Source of the DNA: an uncultured Mycoplasmatota bacterium | GTDB taxonomy: Bacteria > Bacillota_I > Bacilli_A > RF39 > UBA660 | Direction of reading: 5' to 3' | NCBI GenBank assembly: GCA_946630615.1 | Contig: CAMOYX010000002.1 | Coordinates: forward strand, 1 to 41,422 | Length of the DNA stretch: 41,422 nt | Program-made: the position numbers and the translations under genes | Shown here: piece by piece, positions 10,782 to 19,303 of the stretch | How the letters are laid out: each line of letters begins with the position of its first letter | Numbering within the stretch: position 1 is the stretch's first letter | The notes under the pieces: model-generated | The model's database searches: none | What the model was told of the DNA's origin: nothing | The model's input: only the letters and a program-made list of their open reading frames with translations

Positions 10782-10895
10782 ATAAATCCCCCTTATCTGG
10801 TTTTATGTCAAGTTCATTATAGCATGTTATATTATTTAGTTTAATATACTAATAACTTTTTTTATTTGCTATAATTAGCATGATGGAGGTATGAC

Positions 10896-12875
10896 ATGAA
10901 AAAGGTGGTACTAGCTATAATGGATGGGGTTGGAATTAGTAAGGACAGTTTTGGAAATGCACTTACTAATGCAAACACTCCTACCCTAGATTATTTAATG
11001 AAAAACTATCCGACATTATACATACATGCACATGGTAAGTATGTAGGCTTACCTGGAGATGATGATATGGGTAACTCTGAAGTTGGTCATAATGCAATGG
11101 GTTGTGGTCAAATATATAGTCAGGGTGCAAAGCTTGTTAATGAGTCTATTAACTCAGGTGAAATATTTAATAGTAAAACTTGGAAAGATGCAGTTAATTA
11201 TTCTAAAAATAATACTATGCATTTTATTGGATTATTATCTGATGGTAATGTTCATTCAAATATAAATCATTTATTTAAATTAATAGAACAAGCTAAGAGG
11301 GATGGAATAAAAAGACTTAGAGTACACATACTACTTGATGGAAGAGACGTGTATGAACTTTCTGCTACTAAGTATGTAGATATGTTAGAAAAGGAATTAT
11401 CTAAACTTAATAGTAAAGACTTTGATGCATGTATTGCATCTGGTGGTGGCAGGATGAAAATTACCATGGATAGATATGGATCAGATTGGAACATGGTTAA
11501 ACTTGGTTGGGATACTCATGTACTTGGTATAGGAAGAGGTTTTAAATCTGCAACTGAAGCTATTGAAACATATAGAAAAGAGTTTAAAGAAAAAGATCAA
11601 TATTTAGATAGCTTTGTTATTGTTGATAAGAATAATAAGCCAGTTGGAACTATAGAAGATAACGATGCAGTAATATTTTTTAACTTCAGAGGAGATAGAG
11701 CTTTAGAAATATCTAGAGCATTTGATGAAAAGAATTTTGATAAGTTTAATAGAACTAGAGTTCCAAAAGTATACTATGCTGGAATGCTTCAATATGATGC
11801 TGAAGCAAACATACCAAAGCACTACTTACTTGAACCTCCTAAGATTCACGACACTTTAACTGAAGAATTATGTAAACATAATATACATGAATATGCTGTA
11901 TCAGAAACTCAAAAGTTTGGACATGTAACATACTTTTGGAATGGTAATAGACAAGATAAGTTTAGTGAGGAATTAGAAACATATAAACTAATTGATTCTG
12001 ATAAAGTATGCTTTGATGAAAAGCCAAGAATGCAAGCTGATAAAATAACTACAGATATCATTAAAGCTATGAAAAGTAATAAGTATGAATTTTTAAGATG
12101 TAACTTTCCAAATGGAGATATGGTAGGTCATACTGGAAACTATGAAGCTACAATTACTTCTCTTGAAGCAATTGATGAGAATATTAAAAGATTATGGGAT
12201 GCAGCTAAGGAGTTAGGTTATACCTTAATAATTACTGCTGATCATGGTAATGCTGAAGAAATGATAACTAAGTCTAGTAATGGAAATATACCAAAGACAA
12301 GTCATACTTGTAATCCAGTTCCATTTATTATTGTTAGTGATGATAAAGATAGTATTAAGTTAAAGACTGGAGACTTTGGACTAGCTAATATTGCTAGCAC
12401 TATTACTACTTTACTAGATATAAAGCCAAATCCTTTATGGTGTGAATCTATGATTTATAATAAAGTTAATAATACTTATGAATTAGATGATATTAGAATA
12501 ATAGATAACTTTATAGATGATAGAGAGTTTAGAAATTATATTAATAATGTATTAGATGAATATGGTTATGAAGATATTAAAAATGAAGATGACAGGTTAA
12601 GCGATTATAAAGATTTTAATGATAATCTAATTAGTGCTTATAAAGATGATGATAAATATATTATCATGACTAGACTATCTAACAACTTAGTACCTTTATT
12701 AACTATTAAAGAATTTGATAGTGTTATTAAAAGGAGAAAAAATGTTAAAGGTATAATAATTACTAATGGTAGATTTACTAGTAATGCAATTAGTTATGCT
12801 AATAAGAATAATATCCTACTTTGGGATAGAGATAAACTAGTAGATATTATAAGAGTTGCCTTAAAAAGACATTAA
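10896..12875 (+). CDS. gpmI: 2,3-bisphosphoglycerate-independent phosphoglycerate mutase (plant-like subtype) with an extra C-terminal domain of about 115 aa, Mrr-type restriction-endonuclease-like
   Basis: aa 1-520 carry iPGM motifs: MDGVGIS, GLPGDDDMGNSEVGHNAMGCGQIYSQGAKLV, SGGGRMKITMDRYG, GDMVGHTG, ADHGNAEEM. aa 544-659 follow the Mrr_cat layout: EFRNYINNVLDEYGYE ... KGIIITNGRFTSNAISYA ... ILLWDRDKLVDII. SD is GGAGG. Confidence 0.9.
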   Translation: MKKVVLAIMDGVGISKDSFGNALTNANTPTLDYLMKNYPTLYIHAHGKYVGLPGDDDMGNSEVGHNAMGCGQIYSQGAKLVNESINSGEIFNSKTWKDAVNYSKNNTMHFIGLLSDGNVHSNINHLFKLIEQAKRDGIKRLRVHILLDGRDVYELSATKYVDMLEKELSKLNSKDFDACIASGGGRMKITMDRYGSDWNMVKLGWDTHVLGIGRGFKSATEAIETYRKEFKEKDQYLDSFVIVDKNNKPVGTIEDNDAVIFFNFRGDRALEISRAFDEKNFDKFNRTRVPKVYYAGMLQYDAEANIPKHYLLEPPKIHDTLTEELCKHNIHEYAVSETQKFGHVTYFWNGNRQDKFSEELETYKLIDSDKVCFDEKPRMQADKITTDIIKAMKSNKYEFLRCNFPNGDMVGHTGNYEATITSLEAIDENIKRLWDAAKELGYTLIITADHGNAEEMITKSSNGNIPKTSHTCNPVPFIIVSDDKDSIKLKTGDFGLANIASTITTLLDIKPNPLWCESMIYNKVNNTYELDDIRIIDNFIDDREFRNYINNVLDEYGYEDIKNEDDRLSDYKDFNDNLISAYKDDDKYIIMTRLSNNLVPLLTIKEFDSVIKRRKNVKGIIITNGRFTSNAISYANKNNILLWDRDKLVDIIRVALKRH

Positions 12876-12877
12876 TA

Positions 12878-12912
12878 AAAGACTTTGCTAGTTAGTAACA
12901 AAGTCTTTTTCT
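12878..12912. terminator. Bidirectional terminator between convergent gpmI and the HA-repeat gene
   Basis: 10-bp stem AAAGACTTTG(12878-12887)/CAAAGTCTTT(12899-12908), then a T-run. It overlaps the 3' end of the minus-strand CDS. Confidence 0.65.
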
Positions 12913-14189
12913 TTTGCATCATACTTTTTAATTAAGTCTTCTTTAGTTATATTATATGATTTTTTTAAAGATATATTGCCCATGAATAAGAATGGATTTA
13001 TAGTGTTATTCTTAAGTATTAATGGTTCATGTAATACTTCAGTTAAATATTTAATCTTAGCTTTTAGTTCTTTATTTGGATAATTGTTAATAAGTGTTTT
13101 ATCTTTAATGTTATATTTTCTTAATAGATTAGCATTCTTAGTTCTATTCTTCTTTGGATTAGTAACAATACTTAGTTCATCCAATAGGTTCTTCTTTTCT
13201 TTATCTAGTGAATTATCTAAGTATTTTTGTCTTTGTACATCTACCCACTTTCCTAAGTTAAATCCTGAGTTAGATGTAGTTATACCATCATATGTATAGA
13301 AATTCTTTGGAATGTAAATATTATCATGAGCAAAGTAATAATTAGATGCTAAGTCATACATATAATCCCAGTTGTATTTAATATCATTAAATGGGAAATG
13401 TATGTTAATAAGTTTATTTATTCTTTCTTTAGATAATTTATGATTCTTGTAAGACATTCTAATACTATTTATAAAGTCTATTAGATTAATTCCATCTTTA
13501 TTGTAAGTAATTCCATTTAATGTTTTAAAGTCATTTGTTAAGTCTTTATAATTACCGTGTAATAAATAATATTCTTTTAATATATTATATTTTTCTTCCC
13601 AGTCATCTTTAATATTATTTAATAGATTAGATATTAATTTAGATTTATCTTTTGATAGTTCTTTGTTAATAAATTTAGCTTTATTAAGGTGCCACCAGTT
13701 AGAAAGGTTTTTATTACTAAGTGGTTCTTTATTATATTTATTAATATAATCACTTACTAAATTATAGTAATGTATCCACTTCTTTTCTTTATCTAATTCT
13801 TTAGTATTAAAATTAATTTTCTTTAATTTAAGTAATTCATCTTCTTTTAGTTCATCATTTATATATCTTTTTGCTTGTTCTTTTAACCATTTAGAGTGTT
13901 TATTATTATCTTTTATCTTTAAGTTATGATGATGCTTATAGTATGTTTTTATATCTTTATAATAGGCATTCCAAGATTCATCTAGTTTAAGTAATTTTAA
14001 TTTATTAAGGTTTGTTTTAGATAGTTTTGATTTATCTATATTCTTTATAAACTCATATAGATTATAACCATCTTTATTATATTTAACCCCATCTAATGTT
14101 TTAAAGTTAGGATCTAGTAAGATGTTACCATATTTACTTATATATTTAAGACATAGATTATAATATGTATCAAAGTCTTTATTAGTCAT
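12888..14189 (-). CDS. Protein built from about 5 tandem helicase-associated (HA, PF03457-like) repeats plus a tail of about 85 aa
   Basis: 433 aa. The repeat pattern W/F-x2-Y/K-Y-x-L-x2-Y-x5-N...F-K/Y-T-L/Y-D/N-G-x5-G-x-N-L-x2-F/W recurs. Examples are KTLDGVKYNKDGYNLYEFI, KTLNGITYNKDGINLIDFI and YTYDGITTSNSGFNLGKWV. Confidence 0.7.
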   Translation of the reverse strand: MTNKDFDTYYNLCLKYISKYGNILLDPNFKTLDGVKYNKDGYNLYEFIKNIDKSKLSKTNLNKLKLLKLDESWNAYYKDIKTYYKHHHNLKIKDNNKHSKWLKEQAKRYINDELKEDELLKLKKINFNTKELDKEKKWIHYYNLVSDYINKYNKEPLSNKNLSNWWHLNKAKFINKELSKDKSKLISNLLNNIKDDWEEKYNILKEYYLLHGNYKDLTNDFKTLNGITYNKDGINLIDFINSIRMSYKNHKLSKERINKLINIHFPFNDIKYNWDYMYDLASNYYFAHDNIYIPKNFYTYDGITTSNSGFNLGKWVDVQRQKYLDNSLDKEKKNLLDELSIVTNPKKNRTKNANLLRKYNIKDKTLINNYPNKELKAKIKYLTEVLHEPLILKNNTINPFLFMGNISLKKSYNITKEDLIKKYDAKEKDFVTN

Positions 14190-14333
14190 ATTTAGATCCT
14201 CCTAGCATAAATATATTATAGTATAAATAATTAATTTAATTAAATATATTCTATAAAAATATGTAAAATACAAGTCTTTCTTTTATTAAATATATTTAAT
14301 ATAATTTTATTGCTTAATTAAGGAGGATACATA

Positions 14334-16457
14334 ATGAATGAGACAATTATAGGCGAACTTATAAATGAATTAAATATAAGCAAAAAAAGTATAGTAGCTA
14401 CTTTAGAATTACTTATGGATGGCGCTACTATACCTTTTATTGCTAGATATAGAAAAGAAGCTACTGGTGCTTTAGATGAGAATCAAATTAAGTCTATATC
14501 TGATAAGTATCAATACTATGAAAACTTATTTAAAAGAAAAGAAGATGTTATTAGATTAATAGATGAGAAAGGTTTATTAACAGATGAATTAAAAAGTAAC
14601 ATCATGGCATGTACTAAGTTAACTGAAGTAGAAGACTTATATAGACCTTTTAAAGAAAAGAAGAAAACTAAAGCTACTGAAGCTATTAAGATGGGTTTAG
14701 AACCACTTGCTAAAAAGATAATGGCATTTCCAGTAAATGGCACACTAGAGGATTTAGCCAAAGGATTTCCGTATGATGCTAAAACATGTTTAGAGAATGC
14801 TAGTTATATTATTGCTGAATGGTTTTCAGATAATGCTTTTTATCGTAAAGGTTTAAGAAACTTAATATTTAATCATGGTAGTATTAAATCTAAAGTTAAA
14901 GATAAAAGCTTAGATGAAAAAAATACTTTTGAGATGTACTATGATTTTAGTGAAAAGATTAAATACGCTAAAAGTTACAGAGTACTAGCTATGAATCGTG
15001 GAGAAGATTTAAAGATACTAACTGTTAGTTTAGATTATGATAAAGATGAAGTACTTTCTTACATGGTTAAACATATTATTAAGAATGATAAAAGCTTTGT
15101 AGTAGATTATGTTACTAACGCTATTAAAGATAGTTTAAAAAGACTTATTATGCCTTCAATAGAAAGAGAAATAAGATCTGAGTTAACTTTAAATGCCGAA
15201 GATAGTGCTATTGATGTATTTAAGATTAATTTAGAGAATTTATTAATGCAAAGACCTATTAAAGGTAAAAGAGTACTAGGTTTTGACCCAGCATTTAGAA
15301 CAGGTTGTAAGTTGGCTTGTCTTGATGAACAAGGTAATTTATTACATAAAGATGTAGTTTACCCTACTGCTCCACACTTAGACTATGAAAATAGTAAAAA
15401 GAAAATACTAGAGTTAATAAGTAAATATAATTTAAATCTTGTATGTATTGGTAATGGTACTGCATCAAGAGAATCTGAAGAATTTATTGCAAGTGTAATA
15501 AAGGATTTAGATGGAGTTTACTATACTATAGTATCTGAAGCTGGTGCATCAGTTTACTCTGCTTCAGCTGAAGCTCAAAGAGAATTTCCAGACTTACAAG
15601 TACAAGAGCGAAGTGCTATATCTATTGGTAGAAGAGTACAAGATCCTTTATCAGAACTAGTTAAGATAGATCCTAAGAGTATTGGTATTGGAGAATATCA
15701 ACATGATGTAGATCAAAAGAAACTTGCTGATAACTTAAGTTTTACTGTTTCTAAAGTTGTTAATGAAGTTGGAGTTAATGTTAATACAGCTTCTAACTTT
15801 ATACTTAAATATATTTCTGGTTTAAGTACTCAGATGATTAATAAGTTACAAAAATATAAAGAAACACATGTTATTAAGTCGAGAGAAGAATTAAAATCTA
15901 AAGTATTAACTCCTAAGGCATATGAACAAGCTATAGGATTCTTAAGAGTACCAGATTCAGTTAATGAATTTGATAAGACTGGAATACACCCAGAGAGTTA
16001 TGACGTAGCATCTAATTTATTAAAAGAATTAAACTTAAAGTTAGATGATATAAATACAGAGGAATTTAAGAAAGCACTTAAATCTGCAGATGTTAAAAGT
16101 CTTGCAAGTAAATTAAATACAGATACTTATACTTTAGAAGATATTATTAAAGAATTATCTAATCCTTTATTAGACCCTAGAGAAGAAGTTGATCCTCCAA
16201 TACTTAGAAGTGATGTATTAAAGATTGAAGATTTATCTAAGGGAATGAAACTTAAAGGTACAGTTAGAAATGTAGCTTCATTTGGAGCATTTATTGATAT
16301 TGGATTACATGATGATGGTTTATTACATATTAGTAAGATGAGTAAAGAATTTATTAAGCATCCTACTGATGTATTATCTGTTGGTGAAGTAATTGAAGTA
16401 TATGTAGATGATATAGATATTAAAAAGAATAAAGTAAGTTTAACTTTATTTAGTTAA
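14334..16457 (+). CDS. tex: Tex-like transcription accessory protein (YqgF/RuvC-like domain, HhH, C-terminal S1 domain)
   Basis: 707 aa. It has the N-terminal IPFIARYRKEATG motif, a YqgF-like region (RVLGFDPAFRTGCKLA), and C-terminal S1 (GTVRNVASFGAFIDIG...DGLLHISKM). SD is AAGGAGG. Confidence 0.92.
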   Translation: MNETIIGELINELNISKKSIVATLELLMDGATIPFIARYRKEATGALDENQIKSISDKYQYYENLFKRKEDVIRLIDEKGLLTDELKSNIMACTKLTEVEDLYRPFKEKKKTKATEAIKMGLEPLAKKIMAFPVNGTLEDLAKGFPYDAKTCLENASYIIAEWFSDNAFYRKGLRNLIFNHGSIKSKVKDKSLDEKNTFEMYYDFSEKIKYAKSYRVLAMNRGEDLKILTVSLDYDKDEVLSYMVKHIIKNDKSFVVDYVTNAIKDSLKRLIMPSIEREIRSELTLNAEDSAIDVFKINLENLLMQRPIKGKRVLGFDPAFRTGCKLACLDEQGNLLHKDVVYPTAPHLDYENSKKKILELISKYNLNLVCIGNGTASRESEEFIASVIKDLDGVYYTIVSEAGASVYSASAEAQREFPDLQVQERSAISIGRRVQDPLSELVKIDPKSIGIGEYQHDVDQKKLADNLSFTVSKVVNEVGVNVNTASNFILKYISGLSTQMINKLQKYKETHVIKSREELKSKVLTPKAYEQAIGFLRVPDSVNEFDKTGIHPESYDVASNLLKELNLKLDDINTEEFKKALKSADVKSLASKLNTDTYTLEDIIKELSNPLLDPREEVDPPILRSDVLKIEDLSKGMKLKGTVRNVASFGAFIDIGLHDDGLLHISKMSKEFIKHPTDVLSVGEVIEVYVDDIDIKKNKVSLTLFS

Positions 16458-16488
16458 AAAGGAAGAACAACTTGTTCTTCCCTTTTTT
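16456..16488. terminator. Bidirectional terminator between tex and the convergent 16487..16990 gene
   Basis: 9-bp GC-containing stem GGAAGAACA(16461-16469)/TGTTCTTCC(16473-16481), flanked by an A-run and a T-run. Confidence 0.75.
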
Positions 16489-16990
16489 ATTCTATATCTT
16501 CTTTAAATAATGTTAATTCTTTATTATCTTTTATAATGAATGGAATACTTAAGTTATCTATTTCTTTAAAGTATATATCACTTACGTTAGTTAGTCTTTC
16601 TGGTACTATACATACATCAGTTAATACTCCAACAAGTATTCTTACTTCACCATTACTCGTTAAACCTATTAACATAGTTTCATCATGTATTACTTTTTTA
16701 TAAGGTATTTTATTATTCTCAATGTATCTAGATATTTTAGATTCTGGATAATCTAAGTTTCTTATTATATTATCTTTAGTTACTATAAAATAATCATATA
16801 TATTATGTTCAAATATAGAGTCTATTTCAGATTCTATAGGATGATTATTAAAGTATAATTCATTTTTATTCGTTATTATTAGTAAGTTATCATCATATCT
16901 AGCATATACATCTTTTATATTATCTATTTTATAGTTTTCATATGCATATTCTTTTAATGTTTCTTTATCTTTATTCTTTAAATTATCCAT
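16487..16990 (-). CDS. Hypothetical protein (167 aa)
   Basis: Intact ORF with SD AAGGT upstream. No recognised motifs. It is bounded by terminators on both sides. Confidence 0.5.
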   Translation of the reverse strand: MDNLKNKDKETLKEYAYENYKIDNIKDVYARYDDNLLIITNKNELYFNNHPIESEIDSIFEHNIYDYFIVTKDNIIRNLDYPESKISRYIENNKIPYKKVIHDETMLIGLTSNGEVRILVGVLTDVCIVPERLTNVSDIYFKEIDNLSIPFIIKDNKELTLFKEDIE

Positions 16991-17010
16991 TTTATACCTT
17001 CTTTATGATG

Positions 17011-17040
17011 AAAAAAATATCTTATATTTAAGATATTTTT
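17011..17040 (-). terminator. Terminator hairpin after the 17106..17327 gene
   Basis: Stem ATATCTTA(17017-17024)/TAAGATAT(17029-17036), extended by A/T runs on both sides. Confidence 0.5.
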
Positions 17041-17105
17041 ATTTTGATAATCTCTTTAGATTATATTAATTAGTATTTATATTATATATTTTATTATTTA
17101 AGTTA

Positions 17106-17327
17106 TTAGAATTCTTCTATATCTGTTTGTTCTAGAGGTTCTCCATCTTCATCCTTATCTATGTTCATAAGTTCTATAGCTTTTTTTTCTAGGCATGGGC
17201 TTTTAATTTGGAAAGTACCTTTAACATATTCTTTGATAGCTTTTTTCTTTGCATCTTCAATGTTTTTAGCCTCTATTTTGAACTCCTCACTGTTTACTTC
17301 GTAGATTTTTACTTTGTAGGTATACAT
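17106..17327 (-). CDS. Hypothetical small acidic protein (73 aa)
   Basis: Intact ORF, SD AAAGGAGAA 7 nt upstream of the ATG, promoter-like TTGCATATAAT upstream. Confidence 0.5.
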   Translation of the reverse strand: MYTYKVKIYEVNSEEFKIEAKNIEDAKKKAIKEYVKGTFQIKSPCLEKKAIELMNIDKDEDGEPLEQTDIEEF

Positions 17328-17404
17328 AAAGTATTCTCCTTTCGTATAGCAAGTATTATATGCAAGTTCAAGTATATAATAATTTATAAAATATAAATAT
17401 GCAA

Positions 17405-17435
17405 TAAAAAAGAACTTACTAAATAGTAAGTTCTT
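17405..17435 (-). terminator. Rho-independent terminator of the 3-gene operon
   Basis: 10-bp stem AGAACTTACT(17411-17420)/AGTAAGTTCT(17425-17434), with a plus-strand A-run at 17406-17411. Confidence 0.75.
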
Positions 17436-17436
17436 A

Positions 17437-17724
17437 TTATAGGTATTCTACAATTTGAACATTTTTTTCTAATTTTTCAATTAGATCTTCTTTTTCATAT
17501 TTATTGAATATTCCAGCAAAGTTTGAGTTATCCATTAGGAATAATTCATAGTAATTTGAGAATACTTCCCAAACATTTTTTACTCCTAAGTCTTGTAGAT
17601 ATTTAATATTAGCTGATACTAGTTTAGAGTTTTCTTCTAATGTATCTTGCATGATTGTTGCTGTTTTATCTTTAAATTCGTTAACTTGTTCTTCTGTAAA
17701 CCCCAATTTATTCAAATAATACAT
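17437..17724 (-). CDS. Small helical-repeat protein (95 aa), paralogous to the C-terminal module of the 397-aa protein encoded two genes upstream in the same operon
   Basis: The ATG lies 1 nt after the preceding stop. LVSANIKYLQDLGV matches LVESNINYMKNIGL in the 18003..19196 product. LxxxG repeats are present (YLNKLGF, YLQDLGV). Confidence 0.6.
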   Translation of the reverse strand: MYYLNKLGFTEEQVNEFKDKTATIMQDTLEENSKLVSANIKYLQDLGVKNVWEVFSNYYELFLMDNSNFAGIFNKYEKEDLIEKLEKNVQIVEYL

Positions 17725-17725
17725 A

Positions 17726-17986
17726 TTAAGCCGCCTTTCCTAAGCGATTATCTAAACTATTAATTGTTGCAGTTCTTGTTGCACTTCTTAATGGTTCACC
17801 GGCTTCTAATCCTTGTTTAATATTAACTAAAATATCTTCTATATTTTTTCCCATTTTTTCTGCTAGAAGTGAATCTACTAAAATAGTTTGTAATGCAAAT
17901 TCTCTAGAAGCTTGAATTAATTCTTCATTTTCAGTTACGAAGTTATGAATCTTTTGATATGTAGTTATATTGTTTTCATTACTCAT
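17726..17986 (-). CDS. Hypothetical small helical protein (86 aa), middle gene of the operon
   Basis: Intact ORF with SD GGGAG upstream, 16 nt after the upstream stop. Confidence 0.55.
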   Translation of the reverse strand: MSNENNITTYQKIHNFVTENEELIQASREFALQTILVDSLLAEKMGKNIEDILVNIKQGLEAGEPLRSATRTATINSLDNRLGKAA

Positions 17987-18002
17987 ATTAAAACTCCCTC
18001 TT

Positions 18003-19196
18003 TTAATATGCCATTAGTGGAACGTCTTTTGGATCCATTCCGTTTGATTGTAATAATGTAATGGCATTTTGTAATTCATTATAATTATACTTTACTAGTA
18101 CATTTGGATTTAGATAAATATCTAGAGCTTCTTTACCAATTCCTAGTAATGCAGATACTTTATTTTGTAATTCATAGTCATACATCATTTGGATGTGGTT
18201 AACAAATATATCTACATCTAGACCTATATTCTTCATATAATTTATATTAGATTCTACTAATTCTTTATTCCAGTTTTGAATTAAGTCATTAATTTCATCA
18301 CTTGTAAAGTCTAAGTAATCTATTCCATTTGAATTAAGAGTGTTAATAACTTCTTCTTCAATGTTTACTTCTTCATTAGATTCAGTTGATACTGGATCAA
18401 ATGTAGGAGCATTGAATTCAAATGGTTGTTCTTCAATAGCTGGATTAATAAATTCATCTTCTACTGTAACAGGTGATTCAGTAGTTTCAGATACTACTGG
18501 TTCTTCTAATTGCATGTTGGTTTCAGCTTCATGGAATACATCTGAAATTGATTTACCTGATTTAGCTTTTTCTTTTTGTCTTTCATCGTATGAGTATAAT
18601 GCATCTTCAGGGAACATTAGGATTTTAGCAGTTTCTCTTTGTTCTTCTTCATTGAAGCCAAATTCTTCTAATAGAGAAGTAATTGAGTCTCTTGTTATAT
18701 TAATTCTTCCAGATAATGCTAGATCAAAGTATTCATTTAATTTTTCTTGATTTGATAAAGCTGTGTCTTTTCTAATTCCTAGTTCATCAATAGTTGTAAT
18801 AGCTTGATTCATTTCTTTTTCTACTTTAACTAGCTCATCTTCTGCTCTTTTAGTATCTCTTTCAACTGATTCAATAGTTCTTGGTAAATTATTTTCTAAT
18901 TTAACTAATAGGCTTTTTGGATCAAAATCGATATGTAAGGAAGTAAGAACTGTTTCATAGTCTTCTTTATGGATGTCTTGTAGAGTATCCTTTAACTTAG
19001 CTCCTTGATCTTCTAATTCTTCTTTCTTCTTAGTTAAGTCTGTTATTTCTTGTTGTAAGTTTTCTTTTTCCTTAGAAGTTCTTTCTTTTGTTTGTTCTGC
19101 TATATCCTTGTCTTTGTCCATTTGTTTTAAGATTTCTGAATCAGAACCTCTTAAATTATATAATTTATCTAGTAAAGCCTCTGTACTGACTTTCAT
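18003..19196 (-). CDS. Coiled-coil protein (397 aa): N-terminal coiled coil of about 160 aa, acidic low-complexity linker, and C-terminal LxxxG helical repeats
   Basis: The track ORF starts at a GTG (19205). The ATG at 19196 (MKVSTEALL) sits 5 nt after GGAAGGGTGA, so I prefer it. Heptad-rich K/E segments are present, the linker is EEPVVSETTESPVTVEDEF..., and the C-terminal repeats are LNSNGI / MKNIGL / ALLGIG / LQSNGM. Confidence 0.65.
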   Translation of the reverse strand: MKVSTEALLDKLYNLRGSDSEILKQMDKDKDIAEQTKERTSKEKENLQQEITDLTKKKEELEDQGAKLKDTLQDIHKEDYETVLTSLHIDFDPKSLLVKLENNLPRTIESVERDTKRAEDELVKVEKEMNQAITTIDELGIRKDTALSNQEKLNEYFDLALSGRINITRDSITSLLEEFGFNEEEQRETAKILMFPEDALYSYDERQKEKAKSGKSISDVFHEAETNMQLEEPVVSETTESPVTVEDEFINPAIEEQPFEFNAPTFDPVSTESNEEVNIEEEVINTLNSNGIDYLDFTSDEINDLIQNWNKELVESNINYMKNIGLDVDIFVNHIQMMYDYELQNKVSALLGIGKEALDIYLNPNVLVKYNYNELQNAITLLQSNGMDPKDVPLMAY

Positions 19197-19231
19197 ACCA
19201 GTCACCCTTCCTTATTATTCATTCTAGGCTC

Positions 19232-19260
19232 ATTATAACAAAACATAAATTAAATGTAAA
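19232..19260 (-). promoter_or_regulatory. Sigma-A-type promoter of the 3-gene operon
   Basis: On the minus strand, TTTACA (19260-19255), a 17-nt spacer, then TATAAT (19237-19232), with TG at -15/-14 relative to the hexamer (TGTTATAAT). Confidence 0.6.
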
Positions 19261-19270
19261 TAAATAAACA

Positions 19271-19303
19271 CAAAAAAGAGAATTGTGTTGCAAATTCTCT
19301 TTT
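19271..19303 (-). terminator. Rho-independent terminator of the 19302..19826 gene
   Basis: Stem AGAGAATT(19277-19284)/AATTCTCT(19293-19300), with a plus-strand A-run at 19272-19277. Confidence 0.7.

Noticed and set aside
14285-14300. Perfect 16-nt palindrome ATTAAATATATTTAAT in the divergent promoter region between the HA-repeat gene and tex. A partial second copy lies near 14240.
   Set aside because: It is pure A/T and overlaps the tex -10 region. It is plausibly chance or promoter composition, and there is no supporting evidence for an operator.
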